This document shows, one piece after another, positions 61,143 through 64,000 of a stretch of DNA of 64,000 nt (position 1 is its first letter; every line of letters starts with the position of its first letter). The position numbers were made by a program, and so were the translations under genes. Origin of the DNA: Zootoca vivipara (taxonomy: Eukaryota); contig NC_083281.1 of assembly GCF_963506605.1 (NCBI RefSeq), forward strand, positions 81,220,001-81,284,000, given 5' to 3'. The notes beneath the pieces were generated by a model. That model saw only the letters and a list, made by a program, of their open reading frames with translations, was not told where the DNA came from and did no database searches.

Positions 61143-63189
61143 GTGTACGGCTGTACGCTCTTCTGATACAGTACAACACACACCCTGCGGCTGTCCTTAT
61201 CTACCAGGGATCTACAAGCCTGGAGCTGGTGCAGCAAGAGGAAGAAATAAAGTAAAACAAAACCCACCAGAACTTTCCATCGTGGCCGGCAAAAGCCAGC
61301 AGGGCTTCGGAAGTGAATCATTTGCTTTGCACCTCCCTGGTCCCTTATTGGGAGTTGCTCTCAAAGTTCCCGGAGTTACTAGTCCACATTTTTCACTAGC
61401 CAGTTTGGTTAACAATTGTCATCTTTTTTATTGCTGATATCTTCCTCTTCTGCTAAAATGTACCCAGAAGAATCGTAAAACCATCCAATAGAACGACCAA
61501 TGAACGAGCCGATTTTCCCGAAGCCGTAACAAAAGCCTTACAACCGACATGTTTTAATTGAAACAAAAACTGAAGAGCTTCAAAAGCCAAATATGTCAAA
61601 ACGGGCAGCAATAAAACCTGCCGTCGCACGTTTCTGACGAGCAAAACAAACCTCATTGAATTTAATGTGTGGTTAGAAATCTACACTAAGAACATAAGGA
61701 GAGTGTGGCAGGATCAGGCCAATGGCCCCTCTGTTCCAGCATCCTGTTCTCTCAGTGGTCATTCAGGTGCCTGTGAGGAAGCAGCAATCAGGTGGGGGGC
61801 GGGGGAGAAATTCACACTAAGATGCTGGTGAATTTTCATGAGGTATTCACAAACCAATGCAAGATTTGTGGAGAACCAAATTGAAGATTGGAAAAAAGAG
61901 ACATGGAAAGAATTGTAGAACAGAATTGTAGAGTTGGAGTTGGAAGAGACCCCAAGCGTCCAACGCCCTGCAAGAGGAGGAGGGGAGGCACCCATTCCAG
62001 CAGGGTGGTCTTACGACATTAACAATGCAGGCCTAACCACTTCTACTCAGAAGCAGGTCCTGTTGAACTCAAGGGGACTTACACTCAGGCTGGAATGCAG
62101 ACAAATCTATGGGTTTTCCCCACTCTTAAATTGAGTTCCCCTTATATCTGCACATGTGCATGATTTTTTTAAAAAATTGTATGCATTTCCCCCCCCTTCC
62201 CCCTTTAAGGTATGCCTTTTTGAACACAACTTTACTTGTATGCACTTCCCCCCAAGCAATTCAGCCCCAACGTCTTTGTGATTTTCTCTGACATATGCAT
62301 TTCCTTCCTTGCCTTACCTTGGAGGGGGGGGTTTCCCATGCATTCTTTGGTATGGGGAGGGCATTGTAAAAACTGAGATGCTTGAATAGCTGTGCTTTGG
62401 TTTGCTGATTAGTTTGGGGAATGCAGATATGGTAGCTTTGCATTAAAATGTGACTTGAGCACACCTTTCTTCCCCTAACTTTCATCTCCAGCTAAGTGGG
62501 TTTAGGATTGCAGCCTAAGGGATCTAAAAGAGCCTTCACCCCCCCTATAGTTAGACCATTAAATCTAGAGTACAAAATTCCCTTTGCCACTTATCTAAAG
62601 CATTTGATGTTGTGAGGACAGGTTATCTTTTTCAAAAACGATTTGCTTCTCAACTAGAGTTGTTGCCGCGGGTGGGTGGGAGGGCTGTGTTTCAACTCAC
62701 AGGTTTGATGCAGAGATACCAGATTCCATTCTTTGCAAGCTGTTAAAAGACTTGACACTACACTTTTTGCAGAAAACATTACACGAATTCAGTCTGAGGA
62801 CCCTGCCAGCATGATGTTCTCAGAATCAAATCCTACTGAGCTCAATCCAATTTACTCCTAGTGAAGCATTTCTAGGACTGACAATTTTTTCCACGTGACT
62901 TTGATTTATGTGAAGTTACATTCGCCAAGGATGAGCCAAGGATGAGTGAAGGAAACCCAGAGGAATTCAGCTTGCAAACATACACGTTATGCCATCGTTG
63001 TTTGGAAAATAAAGACGTGTGCAGAGGGACAGTAAGCATGTTTACTCAGAAGTGAGTCTCACTCAATGCAATGGCACTTGCTCCCTGGTAAAGTGCTGAG
63101 AATCTCTGCTTTAATGACCTCCCCTTGCAGATTCCCTACCATCTTGCTCAGCAAAACTTTTCTGGATGATCAACTGCATAGCAGCTATG

Positions 63190-63231
<42 letters not shown>

Positions 63232-63806
63232 CAAAGGATGCAATTAGCAAGAACTAAAACAGAAATGTCAGCTGCGGCAAGGAAAACCATCGGATGAGCC
63301 ATTTTGTGAGCAAGTGGCTAGTTCTCATGAGGCAGAAGGGAACATTCTGCTACAGATGATTGTTCTAATTATGGAGAGTAGTTGAATGCATGAACAAAAG
63401 GAGAGGGGGGGGATGAGAATATGAGATCATGGATGTATGCCTATGCAGACTTACTTGGCAGTAAGTTAAATTGAATGCAGTCATCCTACTTCTAAATAGA
63501 AATGTATAGGAATGCACCACACAGATGTGCTGCAGGAATAGTTTCCTGCAGATGTTTGAAAACATATGCTCTTGTATAAAGAAAATTCTTCTTCTCCTTC
63601 TTTGCAAACAGTGGCACTGGTCCGTAGGACAAGACTTTGGGGTAGAGGTCTGGGGCTCCAGGCCAGCAGAATGAACAGGAGGGTTCTCAAAGCAGCAGGG
63701 TCTGACTTAATCCATTTTGATGCTGAGTGAAATAATCCCCATGTATGTCTACAGTCCAAAATCAGCTAACTGCTTCACTGTTTGCAAACCCTTCTTTGTG
63801 CATACT

Positions 63807-63900
<94 letters not shown>

Positions 63901-64000
63901 GTGCCCATCCATGGATAAAGATGGAGGAGAACTTACGTTTGCACTTCCCAAAGCAACACACACTGAACTACTGATATCCTTTGAAATGTGCCCTTCCCTG

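Overview
This is eukaryotic genomic DNA, very probably from a lacertid lizard, judged from Sauria SINEs, BovB, squamate-type L2/CR1 tails and hAT/Tc1 MITEs. There are two N gaps. Three protein-coding loci can be reconstructed by hand from splice sites. (1) A complete 12-coding-exon delta-ENaC gene (SCNN1D, minus strand, 39124-54899, 636 aa). (2) A complete 4-exon secreted phospholipase A2 of the otoconin-22-like / group-II architecture (minus strand, 19309-21419, 145 aa). Its His48-Asp49-Tyr52-Asp99 catalytic set is intact, it has a TATA box, and a solo LTR with eight CCAAT boxes lies upstream. (3) A lone terminal coding exon on the plus strand (15940-16046) encoding an ACAP1/ACAP2-type C-terminus. 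By synteny it is most likely a distal last exon of ACAP3. The rest is mostly transposon-derived, with many target-site duplications (TSDs) that can be read directly and several nested insertions. I found no clearly new multi-gene system. The best leads are the apparently enzyme-competent, basic otoconin-22-like PLA2, the ACAP3 distal exon, lineage-specific changes in delta-ENaC, and MITE/LTR elements carrying transcription-factor motifs. Homology statements come from memory of the protein families, not from database searches.
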